A program made the translations under genes and the position numbers. 64,000 nucleotides of DNA from Octopus sinensis. Its lineage: Eukaryota. The notes below the pieces were generated by a model that worked only from the letters and a program-made list of their open reading frames with translations, did no database searches and was not told the origin of the DNA. Of this stretch, positions 1-13,495 are shown one piece after another. Each line of letters begins with the position of its first letter. The stretch's first letter is position 1. The DNA lies in NCBI RefSeq assembly GCF_006345805.1, contig NC_043009.1:2480001-2544000 (forward strand). The letters run 5' to 3'.

Positions 1-158
1 TATGCTGATTACTCGTCCCCAAAGCTCAACTGGTGCTTGTTATATCGACCCCTAAAGAAGGAAAGGTAAAGTCGCTTTCCAGCTGTGGTGGTGGAAAATC
101 ATCAACAAAAATACACACTACAATATATACATATATATATACATGTATGTGTGTGTGT

Positions 159-186
<28 letters not shown>

Positions 187-237
<51 letters not shown>

Positions 238-786
238 GCATAGAAATATATGCATGTATGTGTGTGCGTCTTTGTCATTCCATCGGGTCGTTGCTTTTAC
301 GTCCCCGCACGCTCCTTAGCAGTCTGGCAAATGAGAGCGATAGAATACGCAGTAAGCAGTAGGCTTGAAATATAAGTCCTCGGCTCGATTCTACGACTTG
401 AACCCTTTGTAGCGGTGATCCAGCATGGCCGAGCACAAATGACTGATACCAGTAAAAGAATAAAAGAATATATCTATATCTATATATCTCTCTCTCTTTC
501 TATATATAAAAATAGATAGATAGATAGATATGTGTGTATGAGAGTGTGTGTATTGGAGTGTACGTGTGTGTATGACAATATAGAAACATAAAATTTTGAT
601 CCATATATATAGGCATGTATGAAATTCTGAGTGTGTCCTACAGATTGCTACTGGGATGTGCGTAAAGCAATTATTTTAAAGAAAATTAACGTATGATAAT
701 ATTTCATCTTCTAAGTAAATATAGTCTTTAAATTTATTGATTTAGTTTCCTTCCTATTCATTGACTAATTCAGACGGATGCAGTTC

Positions 787-837
<51 letters not shown>

Positions 838-1383
838 GCATAGAAATATATGCATGTATGTGTGTGCGTCTTTGTCATTCCATCGGGTCGTTGTTTTTAC
901 GTCCCCGCAACGCTCCTTAGCAGTCTGGCAAATGAGAGCGATAGAATACGCAGTAAGCAGTAGGCTTGAAATATAAGTCCTCGGCTCGATTTCTACGACT
1001 TGAACCCTTTGTAGCGGTGATCCAGCATGGCCGAGCACAAATGACTGATACCAGTAAAAGAATAAAAGAATATATCTATATCTATATATCTCTCTCTCTT
1101 TCTATATATAAAAATAGATAGATAGATAGATATGTGTGTATGAGAGTGTGTGTATTGGAGTGTACGTGTGTGTATGACAATATAGAAACATAAAATTTTG
1201 ATCCCTATATATATAGGCATGTATGAAATTCTGAGTGTGTCCTACAGATTGCTACTGGGATGTGCGTAAAGCAATTATTTTAAAGAAAATTAACGTATGA
1301 TAATATTTCATCTTCTAAGTAAATATAGTCTTTAAATTTATTGATTTAGTTTCCTATTCATTGACTAATTCAGACGGATGCAG

Positions 1384-1386
<3 letters not shown>
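187..1386. repeat. Direct tandem duplication of a 600-bp unit bounded by (TA)n tracts; each copy contains the 3' half of a family-A SINE
   Basis: Identical words at an exact 600-nt offset (tagaaatata 241/841; cagttcatat 781/1381). Copies differ mainly by small indels. Confidence 0.95.
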
Positions 1387-1423
<37 letters not shown>

Positions 1424-1474
1424 GGTCCCGGGTTGAGTCGGGGTTAACGACAGTAAATAAGGTACTCAATACAT

Positions 1475-1525
1475 AGCTTCCTGATGATTTCTTTTGAATG
1501 AAACAGTTCTAGTCCTGTAGAAGCT
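1475..1525 (+). ncRNA. Type I hammerhead ribozyme
   Basis: Stem I AGCUUC(1475-80)/GAAGCU(1520-25); core CUGAUGA 1481-87; stem II (U)UUC-UUUU-GAA(U) with a U-U first pair; GAAA 1500-03; stem III ACAG/CUGU; GUA triplet, cleavage predicted after A1519. Confidence 0.8.
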
Positions 1526-1543
1526 CCTTCTATAAAATAAATA

Positions 1544-1640
<97 letters not shown>

Positions 1641-2128
1641 ATATATATATATATGTATATATAGATATAGATATATATATATATATAAATGCATGCATAT
1701 ATATTTACACATTGATAGAAAGCGTTGAGTTTCAAATATGGAATAATTTGCGTGCGAGGATTCGATATTGAAACCCTTCTCCAAAAGAACAAAACCAAAA
1801 AAAAAATTAATGGTAAAATGTGGAAAGAATGGTGAAAATAATTAAATATAATGAATATATGTAAATAATAAATAGATATTAAGTTATAGTAATATCTATC
1901 TACAGAGATAGACACAAACAAAATTTAAAAGTATTACTGGAATCATGAAAGGCAGAGAAGAAACAAAAAGCGGCACCATTCAGGTGAGTTTGCAATATAG
2001 TTATAAACTCATTGTACATTTCAACAGACACGCACGGAAGTATATATCGAAATTATGTATATATATATGCATGTCTACCAATATGTTTATATATGTATAT
2101 ATATATATATACATGTATAAATATATAT

Positions 2129-2184
<56 letters not shown>

Positions 2185-2566
2185 AAATATATATAGATAT
2201 ATATATATATTTAAATATATATATATATATATATAATATATATATATACATTTATAAATATATATAGGTATATAGATATATTTAAATATATGTATATATA
2301 TATATATACATGTATAAATATATATAGATATATAGATATATATATATATAATATATATATATATAATATATATATATGTATGTGTGTGTGTGTGGTGTGT
2401 GTGTGTGTGTGTGTGCGTTTGTGTATTACATATAGTAAAACTCTACTTGGTAGGATAACAAGATACGATTATAACTAGATTAGTGCTATCCGACTAAAAT
2501 TAAAATAAAGCATAAGTATAATGCATAAATACACACACACACCACACACACATTATGTATATTATA

Positions 2567-2601
<35 letters not shown>

Positions 2602-3143
2602 GTATATATATACATATATATATTTTTATGTATGTATGTATTTGTGCGTGTATGTGTGAGTGTATTTACTAACACAATTACATCAATCTACCTATCTATC
2701 TATATACTGTACATATAATGATGATAAGGATCTTATGTAGACAGAAATTATAGTCAAGGTGTAAATATAACGTGATATATTACTACCTGATTTTGATGGC
2801 TATTTACTTCTTATTTGAATAAAAGTTACCACGAAATTACAGCAAAACTTTTACATCGAAATTCTGTATAGATTGTCTGCTTTTTAACAAAGGCTCTATT
2901 TATCAGAGATCAGTAAAATTGATATAGTGAATCTGTTAAGTATTAATATAGCCGTATAGCAGAGCCAAATTATGAGGAAGTTATCTATTCGAAAGACTCT
3001 ATTATTTGTTTATTTTACCATACAAAATAACGTTACGCATACACACACATACACCTATATATAAGTAGATAGATAGATAGACAGATAGATAGATATGCAT
3101 ATGTGCGTGTATGTATATATATAGATATTTGTGCATATGCATG

Positions 3144-3231
<88 letters not shown>

Positions 3232-3817
3232 ATGTGTGTGTGTGTGAGTGTGTGTGTATACAAGTGTGTGTATATACATGTAAAATGTAATTATTTATGT
3301 ATTGGCGGAGACGGGTATATGAAATAACACACAACAGAGATTCTTGATTTATTAATATTATATCTGTCTGTCGATGATGTGTATATATTTCCAATTTGCA
3401 ATTGAGAACTTCTCAAAATGAGAGACAATCTCAACAGTGTAGAATTCTCAGACGTAAGTATGTTATTAAGAAATAGGAGAGACGTATTGGAATTATGATG
3501 ACTCGCGCCATTGCTTGAGTAGGCGTCGTATTTACGACGTCTGTCCAACAGTGAAATGGCAGCTAAATTGCAGTTTGCTATAGTTTTGTCAGGATAGGTG
3601 TTACATCTCGTGAGGTAGGAAATAGCCTTCGTTTGATTTTTCTTCATGAAATGAGCGTAAGAATTGGCTTCTGGTTTTAATGCGGGTGGGTGGGTGGTGG
3701 GGCGTGGTATTGGACGAGCAGACAGTCATGAGGTGTTGTTAGCGACGGTTACATATGGCAGTGATAAACTGAGCGACAGAAATACACTCACACACACAAG
3801 CACACACACACACACAC

Positions 3818-3848
<31 letters not shown>

Positions 3849-4264
3849 AAGAGAGTGAGAGAGAGAGAGAGACAGAGACAGAGAGAGAGAGGAGATAGAT
3901 AGGTAGATAGATAGATAGGCAGATACAAAAATAGGTAGATATGTACACATGTGTGTATACATACATACATACATACATATATATATATATTAGGTAAGCC
4001 TTTTCCTGTCGAGGGTTTATATGCCCCTTTATTAGACTATTTTCCATAGTCATTGCACGGTGATCGCCATAAACTTTAAGCTTGTATAAAAAATACCATT
4101 ATTATTATGTACACGATTGTGAAAACGGCGCCGTAGAATAGACCATTCGCTTCGAAAGCATATATATAATATAATAGAGATGAGAGAGAGATAGATAGAT
4201 ATAAGTATATCATACATATATATACATACATGTATAATATATATATATACATACATGTATATAT

Positions 4265-4296
<32 letters not shown>

Positions 4297-4310
4297 TATA
4301 TAATATTTGA

Positions 4311-4392
4311 GAAATGAATGAGGTACTCAGAAATCTGGATGGTTTTATATTTACAGATATTTATTAGTATGCTGCATGTTTTTATAAATCAT
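4311..4392. repeat. Fragment of the repeat that forms the right half of the 61400-61562 fold-back
   Basis: aggtactcagaaatctggatggttttatatttacagat...ataaatcatatat closely matches the reverse complement of about 61472-61550. Confidence 0.75.
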
Positions 4393-4414
4393 ATATATAT
4401 ATATATATATTTAT

Positions 4415-4461
<47 letters not shown>

Positions 4462-5418
4462 CATATCTCTCTATCCTACTGTCTGTTTGTCTGTCCTTCC
4501 GACTCCCTTTCTACCTATCTGTCGCTCTGTCCTACTGTCTGCCTTTCTGTCTATCTATCTGTTGGTATGTGTGTGTGTGTTTATATATACATACATAGAT
4601 ATATGTAGACATGCGTGTAACTGCTTATAAATGCATATGTGCATATATGTTTGTTTGAGTATGTGTCTGTGTGTGTAAATATGAATCTATGCATACATAT
4701 GTATGTGTGTGTATTTGCGTGTCTGCACGAGTGTGCGCGCGCGTGTATGTGTGTGTGTGTATCATCTTTCGGGTGGGGATATCATGGATGTATTAGTATT
4801 TTATTGCTCGCCCACAAACTGTGCGTGATGTGGTTAAAATTTAGAGGACGCCGTTCGCTTCGAGATAAATGTCATCAGGTACGTGATGTGTTCCGAATAT
4901 TTGTTTACGATTTAAAACCTGACTGAAAAATGAACGCTATTCAATACTACAAAGAATTCGGTAGATATTTTTAAATATTTAGTGATTACGAAACTAACGC
5001 ATTTACATAAATTATGTAAATTATTTCGGTACTTTGGCAGAAGAAAATACAAATAAAAAAAATATAGGCATTTTTATTTACTCTTCTTCGGGGATTTTTC
5101 ATGGAGATCAACTTCGAACGTATATTGGACAGATTGCATGCCGCCGCCCTACTGAATAATACACACTCAAAAACACTTTCGCTATCTTTATATTGAAATT
5201 TTTCGACATTATTATGAAATTATGTGATTATATTTCTGTCAGGTAATAATGAACACTGACAAGTTAGGCATGGTTTCTGAAATATTCAGAGATATATATG
5301 CCGATAAACACACATATACGCACGTTCGCACGCGCACGCCAGCATCCTCGCGCGTGCACACACACACACAGTAATGCACAATCACAAGAAGGAATATATG
5401 TATATATATGTGCGTGTG

Positions 5419-5452
<34 letters not shown>

Positions 5453-5539
5453 CATATATACATATTTATTTGAATATGTGTGCGTATCATATCTATCTAT
5501 GGATAGATAGATAGATAGATATGATGCACACACATGTAC

Positions 5540-5636
5540 AGGTATAGCTCTGCGGTAAGAAGCTTGCTTCCCAACCACATGGATCTAGGTTCAGTCCCAC
5601 CGCATGGCACCTTGGGCAAGTGTCTTCAACTGCAGT
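5540..5636 (+). mobile_element. tRNA-derived SINE family A, 5' head only
   Basis: ggtaagaagcttgcttcccaaccacatgg...ggttcagtcccac...ccttgggcaagtgtcttc matches the heads at 12139 and 43172. Confidence 0.8.
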
Positions 5637-6039
5637 AAGGATTGCATTCTCCAACACTAGGAATCTGTCGCAGATAATTGCCTCCCATAATAAGCTGCTA
5701 AATAAGGACTCATCACCCGGGGATAGCGACACTACCCTTGCTAATTCCAACCTAACATACAATAATAATAGTAATAGAAAAAGTATTAATTTTAGCAGCA
5801 TTCATAGCAGCATTTGCGTTAACGACAGTAATATTGATAATAATATTAATCAGTTTATTAACAGTGATGAAGTTAGTGATAATAGCAACAACAGTTCTAA
5901 TAACAGTGGTATTATTGATGATAATAATCCTAGCATCTCTATAATAAGAGAAATTGCCGACGATATTACAATTATTAGTAATGATAATAATAGGAATAGT
6001 ATCGTGACCAATGCTAGCAATAATAATTACACCTATCAT

Positions 6040-6482
6040 AGCAATAAAAACTCCGTATTAGTCTCGGAAGTTAACCCCAACAGATTAAAGTTCTTATCCA
6101 AAAATTCCAAAATTAGAAACACAATTTACCAATGCAAAATTTCTTCGGGTACCGATGTTTTCTTTTACATAGGGGCAACTTCGTCTAAATTAGCCCAAGG
6201 ATCTCCAACCATTATTCAACTTTCCGAGATAAGAGAAAACAACACAGCAAGGGATTAAGCAAACTAATTTGGCGTTTGAAAGACAGCAATTCAACCTTCA
6301 AGCTGGAATGGTCCATTTTGTCGGTATCCATTCCGTTTGATAAGGGCAGAAAAATTTGTGGCGTCTGTAATTCTGAATTGTTTCATATATTATTCGCCAA
6401 AGTACCTTTAATAAATTCAATCGTCGAGAGGTCCTACAGGTGCTTGCCCTGGAGAAAACACACCTTTCACTCATATGAATAA
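6040..6482 (+). mobile_element. Penelope-like element GIY-YIG endonuclease fragment (frameshifted), preceded by an Asn-rich low-complexity frame
   Basis: Stitched translation RNTIYQCKISSGTDVFFYIGATSSKL/RISNHYSTFRDKRKQHSKGLSKLIWRLKDSNSTFKLEWSIL...ICGVCNSELFHIL...LINSIVERSYRC has the IY...YIG, R..H, LS..IW.LK and C..C..E motifs of PLE endonucleases. Confidence 0.85.
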
Positions 6483-6959
6483 TGTCTAATATAGATAACT
6501 CCCTTGAATTTCAATTAATATATTTCCATTTATATATTTCACCCCTTTAGTTTAGAAAAAAAATGTTTATGCTTTCAAAGATATACTACCCAATCCATTG
6601 AGGTTTGCTTTGCCTTTGTCCCAATACCTCGCCCTCCTCTTTCTCTTTCTCTCTCTTTCCCTCTATCTATAGTAATCAAGCACACAGACACATATCTGTT
6701 ACAACACCAGTATCTGCTTTTTGACATCTACCCATCCACATACACATTCACGCACACACATACACACACATAGCTATTAATACAGTTATATTCATTCACT
6801 CACACAGACACTCATTCACAAAAGAATTTAACAAAACGCACCATACATACGACCTGTTCCAAATCACCTTACTTTTCTTAGGCCTCTCTCCCCCTACATC
6901 GTTTGAACTCTTGAACCTTTAGAACCTTCTAGAATTTTCTACATTCAACCAGTTTGACG

Positions 6960-9035
6960 TCACCCCTTATAAATTCCAGACGCGAGTTGATGTCCACAGC
7001 TTTGTGCGCCGTGTCCGGTTGAGTGCGCATTACCACGACTCGCCACCCATACCCAACGAAGAGGACGACTGCTTCACTGGCCTGGGCCGCCGACCATCCC
7101 CGTGGACGCCTGCCCCTGGCCAGATCCTAGCAGTGGATCTTTTCGCGGGCGCTTGTCAGCGTGCATTGGAGCGGTTCAACTTCTCCAGGCGCCAACGCCG
7201 CCTCAACATCTCCCCGGCTGAGCTCTTGGCTCTTCGTTCCCTCCAACGGCGCGCTGACATTATCATCAAACCGGCTGACAAGGGTGGAGCTGTAGTGGTG
7301 TGACGCGCGGACCTCTATAGGGCCGAGGCTTTCCGCAACTCAATGACACCTCCTTCTATTCCCCTCTGCCCTCTAACCCCACACGTAGCTACAACAGACG
7401 GTATCCTCTACTGTCCAAGACCTCATCTCGTCCTCCCGTCTCCCCCGCACCGCATCCAACCTAATGTGCGAACCCCACGTACCCCCCACATTTACTTCCC
7501 TCCCCCCAAATCCACAACCCAACAACCCGGCCGCCCCATCGTCTCCTCCCTGTAACTGCCCCACGGAGCTCATCTCTAAATACCTCGACCGTGTCCTTGC
7601 CCCCTAGTGGCATCTCTTCCCTCCCACATCCACGATACCAACCATGCTCTCCGGCTTTTCAACTCTTTCTCCTTTCCTCCCGGCTCCTCCAAAATCCTTT
7701 TTACTATGGACATCCAAAGCCTCTATACTGTTATCCCTCACCACGAAGGACTGCAGGCCCTTCGACACTTTCTTGACCTCCGCTCTAACCCTGTACCTGA
7801 CACCTCCCCACTCATTCGTCTGGCCGAACTTGTCCTTACTCTGAACTGCTTCTCTCGTTCGCGGGCGAGTTCTACCATCAGGTCTCGGGAGTGGCCATGG
7901 GAACGCGAATGGGCCCCAACTATGCGAACCTGTTCGTTGGCTATTTTGAGGCCCAAATATTCTCTAATTTCACTGGTCCCACTCCTGAACTATATGGTCG
8001 TTACATTGACGACATTATCGGTGCCACCTCACTCTCCGCGAACATCTAGATCCTTCCTCTCTTTCGTCCAATCTTTCCATCCAGTCCTCCACTTCACTAC
8101 CACTATCTCCACACCTCTGTCTCCTTCCTCGACATTTCGTTAGCATTCTTCACTCGACTCTTACCACCTCCATTCACTACAAACACACAGACTCACACTC
8201 ATACCTCAACTTCTCTTCCTCCCCCCAGAACACACCAAGCTTTCCATCCCCTATTCCCAATTTCTCTGTCTACGTAGGCTCTGTAGTGACGACCATGACT
8301 TTGAAACTCAGTCTCAACGTATGGCTCACCACTTCACCCTACGTGGATACCCCCTCACCACTATCCACACCGCCCTTGCCAGAGCACGGTCCGGGACCGT
8401 GTATCTGCTCTCTCTCCCCGAACCCGCCCTGTAGTCTCCTCCCTCCCCCTTTCCCCTCTCTTACCACCCCACGACCCTACGTCTCCAACGCACCATTCTT
8501 CGAGCTTTTCGTCATCTCCAGTCCGACCCGTCCACTTCACACCTCTTCCTAACCGACCCTCCCCTCTTTCAAACGAGCCCCCAACCTTCGAGACCTTTTG
8601 GTCCATAGCTCCTTCCCTGACCCTACCTCCCAACCCGGCTCGTTCCCCTGCTCCCGCCCACGTTGCCGCACTTGCCCTTACCTCTCCAACACCACCCGCC
8701 TCACTAGCGCCCACCATCGACCCTATCCATCATCCACCTCTTTCACCTGCACCTCCAGCAATATTATCTATGCATCTCTTGCTCTCTCTGCAATTCCTTG
8801 TACATCGGACAAACGGGACGCCGCTTGGCTGACCGTTCGCGGAACACCTTCGTGACATCCACCTTGCGAACGACACCCGTCTCACGCCATTTCCGCTCCA
8901 CCGGTCACTCCTTGCAACACCTATCTGTGTTCGGTTTGTCCTTACACAGAGGCCATCCGGATTCCCGTTTGCGCCGTGAACAAATTAATCTTCTCTCTTC
9001 GCTCTTATACGCCATTTGGTCTCAACTCTCCCCCC
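6960..9035 (+). mobile_element. Penelope-like retroelement: RT + Cys/His linker + GIY-YIG, disrupted by stops and frameshifts
   Basis: IIKPADKGGAVVV, FTMDIQSLYTVIPHHEGL, GVAMGTRMGPNYANLF, GRYIDDIIG, CSRPRCRTCPY, FTCTSSNIIY...YIGQTGRRLADR, KLIFSLRSYTPFGLN. Confidence 0.95.
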
Positions 9036-9720
9036 TCCTCATCTAACCCCCATCTCCCCCCCAACACCTATCTTTTCCCCCCGACCCCTACTTCTTTAGT
9101 CCTTCATCCTTTCACCCCTACTCCCCTTCCCTTCTTCCCTCTTTCTCCCTCCCTCTTCCCCTTCCCTCTTCCCCTTCCCTCTTCTCCCTCACTCCCTCTC
9201 TCCCCTTCTCTCTCCCCCTCTCCCTCTTTCCTCCTTCATCCCCCTCCTCCCCCTCCTCTCCTCTTCCCCCTCTCCTCCCCCTATTCTTCTCCTCCCCTTC
9301 TCTCCCCCTCTTCTCCCCCTCCCCCTCTTCTCCTCACTACACACCACATGACTTTACACATCACATCACATATGATGTGCCATACTAGTAACACAACCAA
9401 CTAATACATACTAATACGTACTAATACATACTAGTACATACTAATACATACACCAACCCTATACATACACACGTCCAGACCCCGCATACGCACTTATACT
9501 CTCTCATACACACACACACCACACACTTATATATACCAATACGTACTAATACATACTAATACATACTAATACATACACCAACCCCATACATACGCACGTC
9601 CAGACCAATCCTACGCACTAATACTCTATCATACACACACACACACAGACACACCCTTATACATACTAATACATACACAACCCTATACATACACACATCC
9701 AGACCCCTCCTACGCACTAT
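9036..9720 (+). repeat. Polypyrimidine (CT-rich) tract followed by a degenerate CTAATACATA minisatellite, 3' of the PLE ORF
   Basis: Directly visible: C/T-rich tract at about 9036-9340; repeated ctaatacata/ccaaccctatacatac units at about 9400-9720. Confidence 0.85.
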
Positions 9721-9888
9721 TAGCTGGCCCTCAAACCCTTTATCAACCCTATTATCTCCCCTTATTTCGCTCTCGCGTCTCATGTTTGATCTTTGACCTC
9801 TGGCGCGAAATCAGATCGCCATGTTGATTCGTTAGCTACTGCACGCATTTTTTTCTCTCCTTCTTTCTGTGTTTTTCTCTCTCTGGTA

Positions 9889-9926
9889 TCTTTCTGTTGA
9901 AGAGCGTAGGCTCGAAACGTTAAAGA
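9889..9926 (+). ncRNA. Minimal type I hammerhead-like motif with variant core (CUGUUGA) in a PLE-type terminal repeat (about 9780-10025)
   Basis: Stem I UCUUU/AAAGA; CUGUUGA + extra A; stem II GAGC-GUAG-GCUC; GAAA; loopless palindromic stem III ACGU; GUU triplet. Confidence 0.65.
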
Positions 9927-10023
9927 CTTGTTTTATTTATATTTCCTGAGCGCCATACTAATACAATTGTTCGTTTGTTTTCCACCTGCCTTCGTCTTTT
10001 GTTTATTTTCATAAAGCTTCCCG

Positions 10024-10068
<45 letters not shown>

Positions 10069-10100
10069 TAATATATATATATATATGAATATGTTCTCTG

Positions 10101-10385
10101 AAGCCTAGTACTTATTCTATCGGACTCTTTTGTCATACAGCTAAGTTACGCGAACGTGAACACACCAACATCGGTTTTCAAGCGATGGTAGGGGGAGAAA
10201 AAGAGATACACAAACGCATACATATACGACGGGCTTCTTTCAGTTTCCATCTACCAAATCCCCTCACATGGCTTTTGTGGGCCCGAGGCTATAATAGAGA
10301 CACTTGCCCAAGGTGCCACGGCGTGGAAGTGAACTCGGAACTATGTAGGTGGTGAGCAAGCTTCTTACTACACAGCCACTCCCGC
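10101..10385 (-). mobile_element. tRNA-derived SINE family A (3'-truncated)
   Basis: Reverse complement of the family-A head and body (agtggctgtgtagtaagaagcttgc...ccttgggcaagtgtct). Confidence 0.85.
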
Positions 10386-11892
10386 ACACATACATCTCTC
10401 TCTCTCTCTCTGCCTCTCTCTCTATATATATATGTATATACACTTATATACATATATATATATATACATTGACATATATGAATTATATATATATACATAG
10501 ACATATAATGTGTGTGTGTTTATGTAAATATACATACATTCATTCTAATATATATATTCATGCACACACACATAGGTAGATCCGTGTACTTGGATAGTTG
10601 CAATGTCTGGTATGGTTTGTACCAGCTTCAGCATATCAAACATGGACTGATAATTCTCTGACAAAGACGAAAAGAACGCACCTCTGTTTCCATCCCTTTG
10701 AAACTGCACTCGCGTTTCCAAGCATACACTGAGAATCTGGCATTCACAATCCATATATATCTTTCAACAATATCTGAGGCATGTCAATTTAAATAAGATG
10801 AAAAAATATCTGAGTCAAGAAAACGAAAATCATGTCATAAAATATTGATGTTAATGCGTTTTCATTCGTAAAAAAAAGATTAATAATACTAATATAAAGA
10901 AGGAAAATAAAACAGATGTGCATACGTGGAAAATTAATATAGGAAAATGGCGATGAATCGTGACAAAGATACGGAAATAAACAGAAGAAAACATAGCTGT
11001 GGCATATTGTAACATTGTTATAGCAGTCAGCAAATGTGGATTAATGCGAAGAAAAATTAATGAAACAAAGCCTTATTCAAAATTAGAAATATCACGATCG
11101 GAAATATTGCAACAGAATATGCCGAATAGTTTTGGAAAATCTGATGAAAAAAGGAAAAAAAAATACCAAACAAATCAAGCAACACAAAAAAAGAGAAAAA
11201 TGGTGGGGTGAGAAAATCATAAAAAGAAAGAAGGAAAGAACCAATGTTAAGATTAATAAAAATAACAATAAATTTGCCTATGCTATTAATTTACGGGGAG
11301 GATGATGACGATGAGGATGATGATGATGATGTAATAATAGTAATGATAATACTAATAATAATAATAATAATATTAATAATAATTACTTTAGTGACATAAA
11401 AACTAACGGAATCCGATCACGACTGTTCTAACAAAAAGACCTACTTAATAATATGGAATCTGCCAAAAAGGTGAAACAAAAATAAGTCTAATGAAGTTTC
11501 TGTATATATTCTTGCGTGTGTTGTTATTCGCGTTTAAGTTTTGTCATGTATTTTTAATCCTCAAACATATACATTTATATAAAACATATTAAGGAACTGA
11601 ACATGAATGCATTCGATATGAGTTCTGCAGAAAGAAAATCAGAAATAAAAGCAAAATAAGGTAACGAAATTATCAACGGAAAAAGCTGGCAACATTAAGA
11701 ATATTTACAATACAGCATGACAACTAATATTTTATAAGAGGAGAATATTTTTAAGATATGTCATATTCTCTCTTTCAGACATTATTAATCCTGGCAGTAA
11801 AATGATATCAAGGAACACGCGCGCAAACACACACACGCGCGCACATGTATATATACGCATAAGCATAATTCGTTAAACAAATGAGTATCGAT

Positions 11893-11935
11893 AATGATTC
11901 CGAGATTTCGGCCCGTTACGCCCTCATCAGTCAGT
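11893..11935 (-). ncRNA. Hammerhead-like motif with intact core but decayed stems I and III
   Basis: Minus strand CUGAUGA-G-GGC-GUAACGG-GCC-GAAA-UCUCGGAAUC; stem I pairs only partly (ACUGA vs UCAUU). Confidence 0.45.
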
Positions 11936-12048
11936 CCGTTAATTGCTTAGCGAGCTGAAACGACCAAGTCCTTGCCAACGCTATTCTTGTTAAACAATAT
12001 ATATATAAAAACAATAATAAATATATATATATTATATATATATTGATT

Positions 12049-12119
<71 letters not shown>

Positions 12120-12138
12120 ATATATATTGATTTATGTA

Positions 12139-12257
12139 GGCGTAGGAGTGGCTGCGTGGTAAGTAGCTCGCTTACCAACCACATGGTTCCGGGTTCAGTG
12201 TCACTGCGTGGCATCTTCAGCAAGTGTCTTCTACTATAGCCTCGGGTCGACCAAGCA

Positions 12258-12318
<61 letters not shown>

Positions 12319-12538
12319 GTGTATATATGTTTGTGTGCCTGTGTTTGTCTCCCCAACATCACTTGACAACCGAGGCTGGTGTGTTTACATACCCGTAACT
12401 TAGCGGTTGGCCAAAAGAGACCGATAGAATAAGTATTATGCTTACAATTAATAAGTCCCGGGCTCGTTTTGCTCGACTAAAGGCGGTGCGACAGCATAGC
12501 CGTAGTCAAATGACTGAAACAAGTAAAAGAGTAAAAGA
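12139..12538 (+). mobile_element. tRNA-derived SINE family A, full length with internal (TA)n
   Basis: Head ggcgtaggagtggctgcgtggtaag...ggttccgggttcagt; tail gtcaaatgactgaaacaagtaaaagagtaaaag. Confidence 0.9.
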
Positions 12539-13441
12539 ACTTAGAAATGAAATTTGATATTATTTTGATGACTGGTCAGTCTACATCTACACATCACTAC
12601 AGTTTTATAGCTTTAAGTTTATAGTGTGTATGTGCGTGCATATACACACACATACATACATACATACATATATACATACATACACACAGGCGTATGTACG
12701 TACATACATACATGCATGCATGCATACATGCGTGTATACATACGTACACACACATACGTAAATATATATGACGAACTAACTGTTACTTTCTCAGATGCAG
12801 CACGGATTTTTGTCAGTGAAGAGGTCGCGGATTTTAGCGACGAAAATATTTTGACAAATTAAACTTAAATGTTGAAGTGAATCGAACGGCTTTTGTGTGT
12901 TTCTTAAATGGCTTACAATCACCTTCCACGCTGCAATATAGAAATGTTTTTTTTTAAACGTAATTCACCATAAACACAAACATTAATATTCAAATATAAA
13001 ATAAAAGCATTATCGAAAGCACATATCCAATGTACGCGCGTTAACTGTTAGCCAGTAGGCTGCGATATGACGCAGTGGAGACGACTGTATGAGAGCACCC
13101 TGCGTAGAAATACCAGGAAGTCATAGACTGTCGTGAAATCTTACGCAAAGTCTTATTCAAAACGGATAGATGTCGATGTTTGGCCATTTTTTGCGTCACG
13201 TCTTTGTATATGTAAACTACAAAAATGGCAAAACATCGATGCCCATCACGCCTGAATGGGATTTGGGGTTAGTCGATACAACTGTTTATTATTTTCAGGT
13301 GTTTTAATACCCGGCGCTTTGACAGAGCCACCTCCACCGCATCAAACCACAGCGTATGTAGTACATGTGGATGTATGCATGCATGCATGCATGTATTTAT
13401 GTATGTATGTATGTAGGTATGTACGTAGGTATTTATGCACG

Positions 13442-13495
<54 letters not shown>

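Noticed and set aside
4100-4140. Stem II (ACA-CGAU-UGU), GAAAA, palindrome ACGGCGCCGU-A and a partial stem I
   Set aside because: The core position reads AUUAUGU (4/7 match) and there is an extra A; too degenerate to call.
4845-4885. CUGAUGA on the minus strand followed by GAACGGCGUC
   Set aside because: No convincing stem II or stem I, and GAAA is incomplete.
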